Positions 28,389-38,187 of a stretch of DNA of 58,423 nucleotides are shown here, piece by piece (within the stretch, counting starts at the first letter, position 1; every line of letters begins with the position of its first letter). This DNA is from Nanobdellota archaeon (GTDB lineage Archaea > Nanobdellota > Nanobdellia > Pacearchaeales > GW2011-AR1): contig JAHIVP010000023.1 of NCBI GenBank assembly GCA_018816335.1, positions 1 to 58,423 of the forward strand, in the 5' to 3' direction. Under the pieces are notes generated by a model. The model was not told the origin of the DNA. It saw only the letters and a list, made by a program, of their open reading frames with translations, and made no database searches. Position numbers and translations under genes: made by a program.

Positions 28389-28925
28389 TTATGAATCTTT
28401 CTTTTCCATAAACTCTCCAACTAATTTATATAATTTAATTGATGAATTGCAAGTATTTCTTAATTTATATGCGGAGCTTGATCTAAAATAAGCATTTTCT
28501 ACTTTTTTATTTATCTTTTTTACTCTTTTTATTGCAGGAAGGAAATCAGCATCTCCACTAACAATTATTGCAGTATCGTATTTATTTTCGTAAGCATCCC
28601 CTACTAAATCAACTGCTAGATGAACATCATCTTCTTTTATACCATAAGCTTTATCCTCTTTTTTTAATTCACATAATACCACATTGAATTTTGGAATTTG
28701 CCTAAGAAAATTTAGAAACTTCCCATGGTCAAGATATTTTTGATAATTATATTGCTTGTCTAATGGAGCAACATAGTAGAATATTGATATAATCTCTCTG
28801 TCTTTTGCTAATAAAGTTATTAATTTAGCATAATTAACTCTCTCATTTTTTCTTTTTATTAATTTAATATTATTATAGAAATTGCTTCCATCGATGTATA
28901 TTGATACTCTTTCTTTTTTGTCCAT
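28389..28925 (-). CDS. NYN-domain (LabA/DUF88) PIN-like nuclease
   Basis: YIDGSN, DDVHLAVD, VSGDADF. Confidence 0.93.
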   Translation of the reverse strand: MDKKERVSIYIDGSNFYNNIKLIKRKNERVNYAKLITLLAKDREIISIFYYVAPLDKQYNYQKYLDHGKFLNFLRQIPKFNVVLCELKKEDKAYGIKEDDVHLAVDLVGDAYENKYDTAIIVSGDADFLPAIKRVKKINKKVENAYFRSSSAYKLRNTCNSSIKLYKLVGEFMEKKDS

Positions 28926-28962
28926 CAATAAATAAAAGAAATATTGTATTAAAACTTTGTGA

Positions 28963-29003
28963 ATAGTAAGCCCGGCATTGTCTTGCGACCATACCGGGGA
29001 GTT
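28963..29003 (-). promoter_or_regulatory. GC-rich hairpin with GCAA tetraloop upstream of the NYN gene
   Basis: Minus strand CCCGGTAT-GGTC-GCAA-GAC-A-ATGCCGGG. Confidence 0.5.
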
Positions 29004-29040
29004 AATATTATAATTAGTTATAGGAAGTATTTAAGTTTTT

Positions 29041-30789
29041 TCATTTTCTTTCTTGTTTTTTCCATAATTCATAGAAATAACCTTTTTTGTTTATAAGTTC
29101 TTTGTATGTTCCTTTTTCAATAACTTTTCCTTTGCTTAAAACTATGATTTGATCCATGTTTTGAAGAGTTGATAGCCTGTGAGCTGAAACTATTAGTGTT
29201 TTGTTTTCAAGTTTGTCTAGTTGTTTTTGAATGTTTTTTTCTGTTTCATAATCTAAATTTGAGGTTGCTTCATCAAATATTATTATATCTGAGTCTTTGT
29301 ATATTGCTCTAGCTATTCCTAATCTTTGTCTTTCTCCTCCTGATAATCTTATTCCTTTTTCTCCGATTAGTGATAAGTCTCTAAGTTTTAGTTTTTTAAT
29401 TACTGAGTCTAATTGACTTGCTTCAATTGCTTTATCATATTTATCATAATCTATTATGTTTTGCGATGAGATTGTTATGTTTTGTTTTATACTTAGATTG
29501 AATAGTTCTGTTTCTTGTGGGACTATTGAGAATTTTTCTAAAATTGAATCTCTTGTTAAACTTTCTATTGGTTTGTTGTCAAAATATATTGCTCCTTGTT
29601 TTGGTAGATATAACTTTAGTAATAATTTGAATAGTGTTGATTTTCCTGAACCTGATTTTCCTACTATTCCTAATTTTTGTCCTTTTTTTAAATTTAAGTT
29701 GAAATTCTCTAAAACTTCTTCTGATTTGTATTTGAATCCTAGATTTTTTATTTTTATTTCATTCCAATCTTTTAGATCTTTTGTATTTGATTCATCTATT
29801 TGAGGAATTGCTTTGTAAATCTGCATTAATCTGTACATTGAATATTTTATATTTATTAGATTCATGGATTCTCTTGATATCATGTTTAGTGTTTCTTGAA
29901 GTCTTCTTATGTAATCAATGTAGATTACAATTGCTCCTACTGTCATTGCTCCTGCTAAAATATCTTTTCCAACTAGTAATATAAATAGAGAATAAAATAG
30001 GATTGCTACTAATTGAACTACTACCCATTTTTTTGTAGATGCTTTTCTTTTTGCTTTTTTTGCTTCTAGAAGTTTTTGTTCTTTTCTTGCTATTTGTGAG
30101 CTTGAAGCTGATTCAATTCCAAGAGATTTTATTGTTGATATATTTGAAGAGAATTCAAATGCTTTTCCTGATGCTCTTTCTTTTGCTATTTTTGCCTCAA
30201 GAGTTTTTTCTGCTACTTTTTTGTTCATTATGTATTCTATTGCTAGGTATATAATTATGAAGAGGATTGCTATTATTCCGTATTTTATGTTGAAGAATGA
30301 GAATATAATTATTATTGCTATTAGACTTATTATTGCTCCTAATCCTTGGTTTATGTAAAAGTTCATAAAGTTTCCGATTGCTTTTTCACCTCCGCTGACT
30401 TTTTCGATTTTTTCTCCTGTGTTTTGTTTTTCGTGCCAGAATAAATCGTTTTGAATTACTTTTTCAAATGATTCTACCTTGAGTTCTTTTTGATATTTAT
30501 TTGTTAATAGAGCCATGAAGTATTTTCCTGTGTGTCTTACAATTGTGTATAAGATTCCTCGGCCAAGATATATTCCTAATAATATATAGAATACTGAGAT
30601 TGATTGTCCTGTGTTGTTTGTGAAGAAGTTGATTATTTCAGCGAGAATTATAGGCCCTGCTAATCCGAGTAAGGTTCCTATTGTTAGAATAATTGACCAA
30701 CCAATGAATTCTTTTTTTCTTTTTCCAATGAAGTACCAGAGGTCTTTTATGAATTCTTGATTAGTATATTTCGGTCTAGTTTTTACCAA
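29041..30789 (-). CDS. ABC exporter, fused permease + ATPase
   Basis: Six-TM N-terminal half; GKSGSGKST, LSGGERQR, IIFDEATS. Confidence 0.95.
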   Translation of the reverse strand: MVKTRPKYTNQEFIKDLWYFIGKRKKEFIGWSIILTIGTLLGLAGPIILAEIINFFTNNTGQSISVFYILLGIYLGRGILYTIVRHTGKYFMALLTNKYQKELKVESFEKVIQNDLFWHEKQNTGEKIEKVSGGEKAIGNFMNFYINQGLGAIISLIAIIIIFSFFNIKYGIIAILFIIIYLAIEYIMNKKVAEKTLEAKIAKERASGKAFEFSSNISTIKSLGIESASSSQIARKEQKLLEAKKAKRKASTKKWVVVQLVAILFYSLFILLVGKDILAGAMTVGAIVIYIDYIRRLQETLNMISRESMNLINIKYSMYRLMQIYKAIPQIDESNTKDLKDWNEIKIKNLGFKYKSEEVLENFNLNLKKGQKLGIVGKSGSGKSTLFKLLLKLYLPKQGAIYFDNKPIESLTRDSILEKFSIVPQETELFNLSIKQNITISSQNIIDYDKYDKAIEASQLDSVIKKLKLRDLSLIGEKGIRLSGGERQRLGIARAIYKDSDIIIFDEATSNLDYETEKNIQKQLDKLENKTLIVSAHRLSTLQNMDQIIVLSKGKVIEKGTYKELINKKGYFYELWKKQERK

Positions 30790-30924
30790 TTTGGTAATTT
30801 TGGGTTTTACCTCTTAAAGTAATATACTAAGCTTTTCTATTTAAAGTTTTCCCTGGGTAGTAATAACAGGGGAAAAGTTTATAAAGTTTAGGTGTTTTTA
30901 GTTGTTATAGATTGAAGATTCTTG

Positions 30925-31671
30925 TTATTTTTTACTCCTCTTCCAAATAAGATCAAAGTATTTTTTAAAATTATCAGCGATTTTTTGGTTTTCTATTTTG
31001 ATTGATATATAATCATCTTCAATAATTACTATAACTACTTTGTCTTTGTAAGTTATTATTCCCATGGGAACTTTTTGATCTTTTGGAAGGAATCTTATTT
31101 GTTGGAGTTTTTGTTTTCCTTGTTCTTTTCCTCTTAGTTCATTATCCATAATAATTCTTCTCTTTACACCTTGTGCTATTCTTCTTTTTGCAAAACCTGG
31201 AAGAAAGTATTTTAGTGTTTCATCTGATTTCCCTGTAAATCCCATAACTAAATATTCTTCCCCTTTTTTTAGAGTTCTTAATATCTCGTTTAATTGAGAC
31301 ATAAATCCTTGTTTTTCTTGATAAATTGAGGCTAGAGCTTTTGTTTTAGATTCATGGGTTATTTTGTTTAAGTCTTGGATTAGCTCGCTTAGATCTTTTT
31401 TGTTTTCATCTAATTCTTCTTGTTTCTTTGCTAAAAGTGATTCAAGTTTCTTTGGTTCTACCCCTATGAAGAATTTTTTGTTTTCTTTTTTTATTGAGGA
31501 CACAATTGATCTTTTTTCTAAGCTTTCCAATAAATCATATACATGAGTCCTATGGAGTTTTGTTAATGATGCTATCTCGTTTGCTGTTGATTCTCCTTTT
31601 TTTAGTAATGTTATATATATCTGAATATGGTTTTGATTCAGGCCTAGTTTTGATAATATTTCTGTTTCCAT
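30925..31671 (-). CDS. TrmB-family transcriptional regulator
   Basis: LGL..IYITLL..HRTHVYDLL HTH plus PLD-like effector domain. Confidence 0.9.
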   Translation of the reverse strand: METEILSKLGLNQNHIQIYITLLKKGESTANEIASLTKLHRTHVYDLLESLEKRSIVSSIKKENKKFFIGVEPKKLESLLAKKQEELDENKKDLSELIQDLNKITHESKTKALASIYQEKQGFMSQLNEILRTLKKGEEYLVMGFTGKSDETLKYFLPGFAKRRIAQGVKRRIIMDNELRGKEQGKQKLQQIRFLPKDQKVPMGIITYKDKVVIVIIEDDYISIKIENQKIADNFKKYFDLIWKRSKK

Positions 31672-31709
31672 GTTTTATTTAGAGATTTAGGTTTTTTATA
31701 TGTTTTGGT

Positions 31710-31731
31710 GTTGTAGTTGTTCTCCTACAAC
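31710..31731. promoter_or_regulatory. Palindromic candidate operator GTTGTAG-N8-CTACAAC
   Basis: Perfect 7-bp arms between the TATA-like boxes of trmB and the divergent ORF. Confidence 0.5.
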
Positions 31732-31795
31732 TTATATTTATATAGGTTATATTCTGTATCTTTTCATAACTAAATAGTGGTTAAATAATGAAAAA

Positions 31796-32308
31796 ATGAA
31801 ATGGATAAAAAATTTGTTTGGAAGAAGAGAAGAACTTTCTAGGGTAGAGGCTGCTCTAGCAGAAGTAAAAGAACCTTCTTTAGAACGAGCTTTATTATTA
31901 AAGCAATATCTTGGTGAGTATAATGCAAGATATGGTGCTGGAGTTTTTATGGAAGAAGATTATCTTATAGGACTACAATCTAAACCCCCTAGACCTCCTT
32001 TATCTCCGAGAGTAATCACAGAGAATCCCGAGCCAACTCTTTCTGAAGATCGCAGTAATTTCTTAGGGATTATGGAACATGTTCAAGGACATGTTGGTTT
32101 ACCCCAAGGAGTTGTTCAAACAGTGCATTCATTAGATAGATATTGCCGTGAATCAAGGATACTTGGATTAGCAAATCCCCGAGAGAGTGAGGGCTATTCT
32201 GTTAAGGTTAGATTGGGAAAGGGTTTGTTTGATATAGATTATGATTCAAGAGGGGCATGGCAAAGTATGGATTCTGAATTTATGGTGGAGGGTCCTGTAG
32301 CTGTGTAA
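31796..32308 (+). CDS. Hypothetical protein
   Basis: 170-aa ORF divergent from trmB. Confidence 0.6.
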   Translation: MKWIKNLFGRREELSRVEAALAEVKEPSLERALLLKQYLGEYNARYGAGVFMEEDYLIGLQSKPPRPPLSPRVITENPEPTLSEDRSNFLGIMEHVQGHVGLPQGVVQTVHSLDRYCRESRILGLANPRESEGYSVKVRLGKGLFDIDYDSRGAWQSMDSEFMVEGPVAV

Positions 32309-32386
32309 AATGAAACATAAAAACCCATTGTGGGCATTAGATGAATCATTCCAATTATCTTCTTATTTTTGAAATCTAATTTCATT

Positions 32387-34123
32387 CTAACCCCCCCACC
32401 CCATATCTTTCTTTTGCTTGATTGATTTTATCTCCTGCAAAGTTTGAATCTCTGATTGAGATAAAACATCTTTGTTTTCTTTGAACTTTTTGAATTGTTT
32501 TGTTCCGAGATCTGAATATAATAGAGTTACTTTGTCTTTAATTTGTCTTTCATAGTTTGTTCCGGGAAGAGAAATTGCTACTTCTTGTCCTTGGCTTGCT
32601 TCTTCTACAGAGTTATTATCAGCTTGAATTGCTTTGACTCTTGCTATGCCCTCCCCAAGTTGATTAATTAGAGGTGTGTTTGATTTTAATTTTCCTGCTT
32701 CAATTTTAACTCCAAAAACAGCTGGGTTTGAATTTCTAAAAACATATTCAGGAAGAACTTTTAGTTTGCATACTGTTGCTAGTTCCATTAATTTTTGCTT
32801 TTCTATTTCTTTTGCTGATTCTTGTTGCCATTTTTGTAAATCTTCAATTAATTTGTAGACAACTTCATCTTCTAATACTTTAACATTTCCCATGATTTCT
32901 TTTGCTTCTTCATCTAATTTTACATTAAATCCTAGAATTATTGCGTTTAGTGGATCATGTTCTTGATTTGCTTTAGCTGAGATTATGTCTGATTTTTTAA
33001 TTGAGCCGATTCCTGCTTTGACAACTTTTATGTTTTCTTGTTTTAACAAAGTTAATAGTGCTTCTAGACTTCCTAGAGAGTCTGCTTTTATAATTATTCC
33101 TTGTTTGTCTGTTTTGATTTCTTCTGCAAGTTCTTTTTTGAATTCTTTTTGAATTTGTTCAATATTGTCTTTGTAAATTTGGAAAGGCATTCCAGGGAGA
33201 ACTTCTTCTCTTTCTGAAAATTGGATTCTTATTCCAGTAGCTGCTGTTACTTTTTCTGCATTTTTGTATTTGAAAGATAGGGATTGGATTTCTTGGATAG
33301 ATTTTATTTTTGCTATAATTGGTTCTTCTGAAAATGTTGCTATTGCGATTTTATCTCCCACTTTTAGTTCTCCGTCGTATAATATTGCTTCAAGATGTTG
33401 TTGGGCTTTTTCTTTTTTTAATTCTAGAGCTATTCCTTTTGCATCTTTTGCTAAGCTTAATCTTTGTTTTAAGAATCTTTGAGATAAACCACACAGCATC
33501 ATTAATAATTCTTGAATTCCTTGGCCTGTTTTTGCTGACATTGGTATCATTGCTACTTTTTTAGTGAAATCTTCAACTTTGTAATATAAATCAGATTCAT
33601 ATCCGTGAGATTGTAATGCTCCTATTAAAGTATAAAATTTTTCTTCAAATTCTTGTTTTGCATTTTGTGGAAGTGTTTCTATGATTTCTTTTATTTCAGA
33701 TTTGCTTTGCTGAGGCCAACCTTTTATGAAGTCACATTTATTTAGGGCAATTATGAAAGGGGTTTTTGAGTTTTTTAGAATTTGTAATACTTCTGCTGTT
33801 TGAGGTTTTATTCCTTCTTTTATATCTATAACTAGAACTGCTAAGTCTGCTAAACTTCCTCCTCGTTTTCTTAGATTTGTAAATGCTGCGTGTCCTGGGG
33901 TGTCTATGAATAAGAATCCTGGGATTTCTAGAGCTACATTGTATTTATCTAATAATCCACATCCTGATTTTATTTTATCTGCTGGGAATTTTGTAAATGA
34001 TATTTTTTGAGTTATTCCTCCTGCTTCTCCTTCTTGGACAGAGCTGCCTCTAATTTGATCAAGGATAGATGTTTTTCCGTGATCTACATGCCCTGCAATT
34101 GTTACTATTGGTTGTCTTATCAT
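32387..34123 (-). CDS. infB: Translation initiation factor aIF5B (IF-2)
   Basis: GHVDHGKT, EAGGITQ, DTPGH, NKCD, VFRNSNPAVFGV. Confidence 0.97.
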   Translation of the reverse strand: MIRQPIVTIAGHVDHGKTSILDQIRGSSVQEGEAGGITQKISFTKFPADKIKSGCGLLDKYNVALEIPGFLFIDTPGHAAFTNLRKRGGSLADLAVLVIDIKEGIKPQTAEVLQILKNSKTPFIIALNKCDFIKGWPQQSKSEIKEIIETLPQNAKQEFEEKFYTLIGALQSHGYESDLYYKVEDFTKKVAMIPMSAKTGQGIQELLMMLCGLSQRFLKQRLSLAKDAKGIALELKKEKAQQHLEAILYDGELKVGDKIAIATFSEEPIIAKIKSIQEIQSLSFKYKNAEKVTAATGIRIQFSEREEVLPGMPFQIYKDNIEQIQKEFKKELAEEIKTDKQGIIIKADSLGSLEALLTLLKQENIKVVKAGIGSIKKSDIISAKANQEHDPLNAIILGFNVKLDEEAKEIMGNVKVLEDEVVYKLIEDLQKWQQESAKEIEKQKLMELATVCKLKVLPEYVFRNSNPAVFGVKIEAGKLKSNTPLINQLGEGIARVKAIQADNNSVEEASQGQEVAISLPGTNYERQIKDKVTLLYSDLGTKQFKKFKENKDVLSQSEIQTLQEIKSIKQKKDMGWGG

Positions 34124-34188
34124 TTTACTACTCCTGTAGATTAAATTAGGATAGAATTTGAGGTTATAAGGTTTTTGGATATTGTTTC

Positions 34189-34263
34189 GGAGCTGACTGT
34201 GTCAAGTTCCTTTGCTAAGAAATTTATTAATAGAAGGGAATCTTAAAGATAGGTTGTGAGTTT
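34189..34263 (-). repeat. Family A repeat, bulged-T subtype
   Basis: GGAGCT-GAC-TGT-GTC-A-AGTTCC, then TTGCTAAGAAATTTATTAAT...GATAGGTTGTGAGT. Confidence 0.8.
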
Positions 34264-34394
34264 AATTGTATTAATTTATAGATTTAGATGGTTATCTTTA
34301 TTATTTTTCCCAAATTGAATCAAAATAATCTTTATTTGGTACCACTTAATAGTAACATTTATAAATACTTTTAATTTAAATAAATCATATAAAA

Positions 34395-34541
34395 ATGGCA
34401 GATAGATTTAATGAATCCGAACGTGAAGATGATAAATGGTTTAATGATGACCTAGCTTCTCTGAAAAATCGTAATTATTTTCATGGAGAAGAACCATTGA
34501 CATATAGACGGTTTCCAGCGCCTAGGTATATAACTTATTAA
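34395..34541 (+). CDS. 48-aa hypothetical peptide (not in the ORF track)
   Basis: MADRFNESEREDDKWFNDDLASLKNRNYFHGEEPLTYRRFPAPRYITY; TATA-like boxes upstream. Confidence 0.45.
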   Translation: MADRFNESEREDDKWFNDDLASLKNRNYFHGEEPLTYRRFPAPRYITY

Positions 34542-34569
34542 ATATGTTGATTTTGTTTATTTTTTATTC

Positions 34570-35223
34570 TTACCTTGACTTCCCCACACCAACCCTCGGA
34601 CAGTATTGAGAAATCATACATTGAGAACATTTAGGAGAAATGGGAACACAGATTGATTTGCCATGGAGAATCATTGTTGCATTAAATTCTTCCCAGAACT
34701 TTTTAGGAAGAATATTTCTTAATTCTTCTTCTGATTTATCTGCGTCTTTTGTTTGAACCCAGCCTAATCTATTTACAACACGGTGAACATTAACATCAAC
34801 TGGAAGAGCGTCTGATTTGTTATATGCAAATCTTCTGACTATATTTGCTGTTTTTCTTCCTACTCCTTTAATTGTTAGTAGCTCTTCTTCTGATTGCGGA
34901 ACTTTATTGTTGAATCTTTCTAAGATTTCTTTGCTAACGCTTTTGAGAATTCTTGATTTCTTTTTGTAGTGTCCTGATGAGTAGATTAATTTTTCAAGTT
35001 TTTTTAATGGAAGTTTTATAATTTGTTGAGGTGTTGTTGCTTGTGCAAAAAGTCTATTTGAAGCAATTGCTGTATTTTTGTCTTGAGTTCTTAGAGATAT
35101 TAGACAAGAAACAAGTATTTTGAAAGGGTCTGGATTTTGACGCATTGAATTAAGTGTGGTTCTGTTTTTATCTAGGTAGTTTGATTCAAGAAGTTGCATA
35201 ATTTTGCTGATTTGGTTTTTCAT
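34570..35223 (-). CDS. nth: Endonuclease III
   Basis: HhH LLTIKGVGRKTA, PVDVNVHR, C-x6-C-x2-C-x5-C cluster; start set at MKNQ. Confidence 0.95.
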   Translation of the reverse strand: MKNQISKIMQLLESNYLDKNRTTLNSMRQNPDPFKILVSCLISLRTQDKNTAIASNRLFAQATTPQQIIKLPLKKLEKLIYSSGHYKKKSRILKSVSKEILERFNNKVPQSEEELLTIKGVGRKTANIVRRFAYNKSDALPVDVNVHRVVNRLGWVQTKDADKSEEELRNILPKKFWEEFNATMILHGKSICVPISPKCSQCMISQYCPRVGVGKSR

Positions 35224-35337
35224 TTTAATCCTATAATAAAACCCAAACTCCCAACCACGCTCGCCTTGAGTTGAGGAATTCACCCCCCACCTCTCGCGTA
35301 ATTGCTCGCCCACCCTCCCTTTTGATAGGATTAAAAT
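35222..35337. repeat. 13-bp perfect IR enclosing a C-rich element at the nth start
   Basis: ATTTTAATCCTAT/ATAGGATTAAAAT; contains AACCACGCTCGC also seen at 578-589. Confidence 0.55.
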
Positions 35338-35371
35338 TAATAGGATGAGGGATTTAAAGATTTATTGATTA

Positions 35372-35716
35372 TCACAAAGATCTAATTTGTTTCTTTGCAG
35401 ACTTACTCCAGGATTCAACTAATTTGATAATTTCAGTTTTTATTTGATTTTTATTTCTTGAATTGTATAGATAAGTGTATCCTCCTTTATCTAGAATTAT
35501 TTTCTCTCTAGTGACTAGGTTTTTGTCCATTAGTTTTGTTATTGCTTTTTGTATTGATGTTCTTTCTAATTTTAGTTTTGATGCAATGTTATTTAGAGGA
35601 ACTTTTTTTGTTTTTAGTAATACTATTAGGACATTGTATTCTGTTTTAGTTAAATCAAATGAGCATTTAATTAGCTCTTCTATTTTTATTGTTTTGCATG
35701 CGAAATTAATTGACAT
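35372..35716 (-). CDS. HTH regulator (TrmB/MarR-like, Cys pair at N-terminus)
   Basis: FAC..LIKCSFDL..IQKAITKL..GGYTYLY. Confidence 0.85.
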   Translation of the reverse strand: MSINFACKTIKIEELIKCSFDLTKTEYNVLIVLLKTKKVPLNNIASKLKLERTSIQKAITKLMDKNLVTREKIILDKGGYTYLYNSRNKNQIKTEIIKLVESWSKSAKKQIRSL

Positions 35717-35733
35717 TTTTTAGTTTGTATTAT

Positions 35734-36633
35734 TTATTTTTCTTTAGAGATCTCAAGATATGCTGAATATGCTGCGATTGCTCCGTCTGCGCAGGCTGTG
35801 ACTGCTTGTTTTAAGGAATTGTTTGTTGCATCTCCTGCTGCAAATACTCCTTTAATATTTGTTTCTTTTTTTTCATTTACAATTATATAACATTTTTCAT
35901 TTGTTTTTATTCCAATATTTTTTGGAAGAGAGTCACATGGTTTTGAGCCTATCTCAATAAATACTCCATCTAATTTTATATCTTTTCCTGATTCTAATTT
36001 TGTTCCTTTTACAATCTTTTCCCCATATATTTCTGAGATATTATCTTCAAAGAGAGGAGTGATTTTTTTATTTTTTTCAACTTGTTCTATCCAAGTTGGA
36101 TCTCCTCTAGAGAATTTTTTTTGTCTATATATTATGTAGACTTTTTTTGCATGTTCTGATAATAAAAGAGCTGCTGTTAGTGCTGCATCTGAGCCTCCTA
36201 CAACTGCTACTGTTTTATCTTTGAAAAATGCTGCATCACAAGTTGCACAGTATGAAACTCCTTTTCCTAAGAATTCTTTTTCTCCTGGAACATTTAGTTT
36301 TAATCTTTCTGTTCCTATTGCTAAAATTAATTTTTTTGTTTTAAATTCTTCTGTTGATGATTTTAAGATAAATTGAGAATCTTTTTTTTGGATATCTGAA
36401 ATGTCTGTGTTTTTTATTTCTACATTGAGTTTTTTTACTTGGTCTATCATTTTTTTTGTTAGTTCTGAACCTAGAACTCTATCATATGTTGGGAAATTAC
36501 AGACTTCGTAGGCTTCTGATATCATACCTCCGTTTATTTTTCCGATTACTAAAGTGTTTAATTTATATCTTGCAGCATAAACTGCAGCTGTTAATCCTGC
36601 TGGTCCTGCTCCTAAGATAATAAGGTCATACAT
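35734..36633 (-). CDS. trxB: Thioredoxin reductase
   Basis: GAGPAG, VSYCATCD, VVGGSD, VFAAGD. Confidence 0.96.
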   Translation of the reverse strand: MYDLIILGAGPAGLTAAVYAARYKLNTLVIGKINGGMISEAYEVCNFPTYDRVLGSELTKKMIDQVKKLNVEIKNTDISDIQKKDSQFILKSSTEEFKTKKLILAIGTERLKLNVPGEKEFLGKGVSYCATCDAAFFKDKTVAVVGGSDAALTAALLLSEHAKKVYIIYRQKKFSRGDPTWIEQVEKNKKITPLFEDNISEIYGEKIVKGTKLESGKDIKLDGVFIEIGSKPCDSLPKNIGIKTNEKCYIIVNEKKETNIKGVFAAGDATNNSLKQAVTACADGAIAAYSAYLEISKEK

Positions 36634-36642
36634 TTTATTTTC

Positions 36643-36960
36643 CTATAGATTTTTATCTATAAATTTTTTAATATTTTCTTTATCCATTAGTCCTACAAAT
36701 TCATCTGCTACTTTCCCGCCTTTGAATAATTTTACTGCTGGGATTGACATTACATCATATTCTATTGCTTGTTCTTTGTTTTCATCGATGTTTAACTTTA
36801 CAACAGAAATTTTATCTGTGTATTCTTTTGCAATTTCTTGTATTATTGGGCCTAACATTTGGCAAGGTCCACACCAAGGTGCCCAGAAATCTACTAGAAC
36901 TGGTTTTTGTTTTGATACTTCAAGAACTTTCTCATTAAAATCTTTATCATTAATTTCCAT
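36643..36960 (-). CDS. trxA: Thioredoxin
   Basis: WCGPC. Confidence 0.97.
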   Translation of the reverse strand: MEINDKDFNEKVLEVSKQKPVLVDFWAPWCGPCQMLGPIIQEIAKEYTDKISVVKLNIDENKEQAIEYDVMSIPAVKLFKGGKVADEFVGLMDKENIKKFIDKNL

Positions 36961-37119
36961 TTTTTTTATTTAGTATGTGAATATTTTAGTCACATCCCTT
37001 TAAATATGTTTGGTTGTGATTTATTTAACCCTTTATTTCCACGCCTTTTACACAACTTTTTTGAAGTGGTAAAATTATATTCGAAAGCTTTATATACTAT
37101 TTATGTTCTATTAAATTAT

Positions 37120-37272
37120 CAATTTGGCTAACAGAGCAATTGGTTGAATTCCTTCGGGTGTTTAATCAGCTTCGGATGTTAGTTGATTGTTATATTCAAG
37201 ACTGGCCGACTGGAGAAATAATTATTGGATCTTCGGGTTTTTTAATTATCTTCGGAAGTCGGTTGGTTATTG
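37120..37272 (+). ncRNA. Candidate structured ncRNA: two tandem co-varying stem-loop units with four CUUCGG motifs
   Basis: BRE/TATA CGAAAG-CTTTATATA at 37082-37096, many G-U pairs, U-rich 3' end. Confidence 0.65.
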
Positions 37273-37379
37273 TTTTTCTTTTTGATTTATGTGGAGTTGG
37301 AGATGATGGTATTCTATTTTTGTAAGATAAATTTTTTAATGAGTATAAATTTTTAAAGTTGTATTTTAATTAAAACTTC

Positions 37380-37598
37380 ATGGCAAAATTGATTGTTGGA
37401 TATGATAAAGTTTCAGATTATTATTATTTTGTTATAAAAGGGAATCCTATTTATAGAATCAGTACTGGATTTGAAACTCCTGAAGATTGTGGTGAATTTG
37501 TTAGAGCTTGTAAAATAGAAGAAGCAATTACTGGGGTTGGTTTTGATGATTTTTCTAACGAAGAGATTAGAAGATTTTGGACGGTTGTTAATAGGTAG
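37380..37598 (+). CDS. Hypothetical protein, paralog of 37646
   Basis: IVGYD..GFETPEDCG..EIRRF matches VVGKD..GLESPEECG..DLARF. Confidence 0.65.
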   Translation: MAKLIVGYDKVSDYYYFVIKGNPIYRISTGFETPEDCGEFVRACKIEEAITGVGFDDFSNEEIRRFWTVVNR

Positions 37599-37645
37599 TC
37601 TTTTAGTATAGATTAATTTTTAAAGTGTTATTTTAGTTACAAATT

Positions 37646-37981
37646 ATGGAAATTGTTGTTGGGAAGGATAATGGAAGATATTTTGTTTTAGCTTATATTA
37701 ATCATTATGAGAATAAGAATAGTATTAGAGAGTTAGATGGGATGTTATCTCCTAAAGGTTGTCGTTCTCATGATGAGTTTAGGGATTCATTAACAGTTCA
37801 TGGAGCTAGAGATATTTTTGCTGGGGGTTTAGAAAGTCCTGAAGAGTGTGGTGCTGAAGTTCAACGATTTGTTAGAGAATCAAGACAAAAAATAGAGGAT
37901 ATTGATTTAAATGAATTGACTGAAGTTGATTTAGCTAGATTTATGAATGGATTAATGTCTGATTATCTTGAGGATAGATAA
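37646..37981 (+). CDS. Hypothetical protein, paralog of 37380
   Basis: Shared motifs and similar promoter AATTTTTAAAGT. Confidence 0.65.
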   Translation: MEIVVGKDNGRYFVLAYINHYENKNSIRELDGMLSPKGCRSHDEFRDSLTVHGARDIFAGGLESPEECGAEVQRFVRESRQKIEDIDLNELTEVDLARFMNGLMSDYLEDR

Positions 37982-38011
37982 TTATTTAAGGTTTGTTTTT
38001 ATGATTTGTTT

Positions 38012-38182
38012 ATGGGAGAAATTAAGTCTAGGAGTGCTTTGGATATTCCTCAGCCTCCTCCTATGAGTAAAAATGAGTCAATGAGTACAAGAATGTGGAG
38101 GGAGTATAGGATGGTTCATCCTTTGCCAGAGCCAGAATATCGGCCTAAAATAAGTGATGATTCTAAACAAGTTAAAGATTAA
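38012..38182 (+). CDS. 56-aa Pro-rich hypothetical peptide (not in the ORF track)
   Basis: MGEIKSRSALDIPQPPPMSKNE...; ends 5 bp before dph2. Confidence 0.45.
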   Translation: MGEIKSRSALDIPQPPPMSKNESMSTRMWREYRMVHPLPEPEYRPKISDDSKQVKD

Positions 38183-38187
38183 TTAAA

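Noticed and set aside
35224-35313. N-terminal extensions of Nth (and similarly GyrB 7957-8001)
   Set aside because: Read-through of C-rich repeat DNA from GTG starts; ATG starts lie downstream
37140-37325. 61-aa ORF
   Set aside because: TTG start inside a strongly paired region better explained as RNA structure
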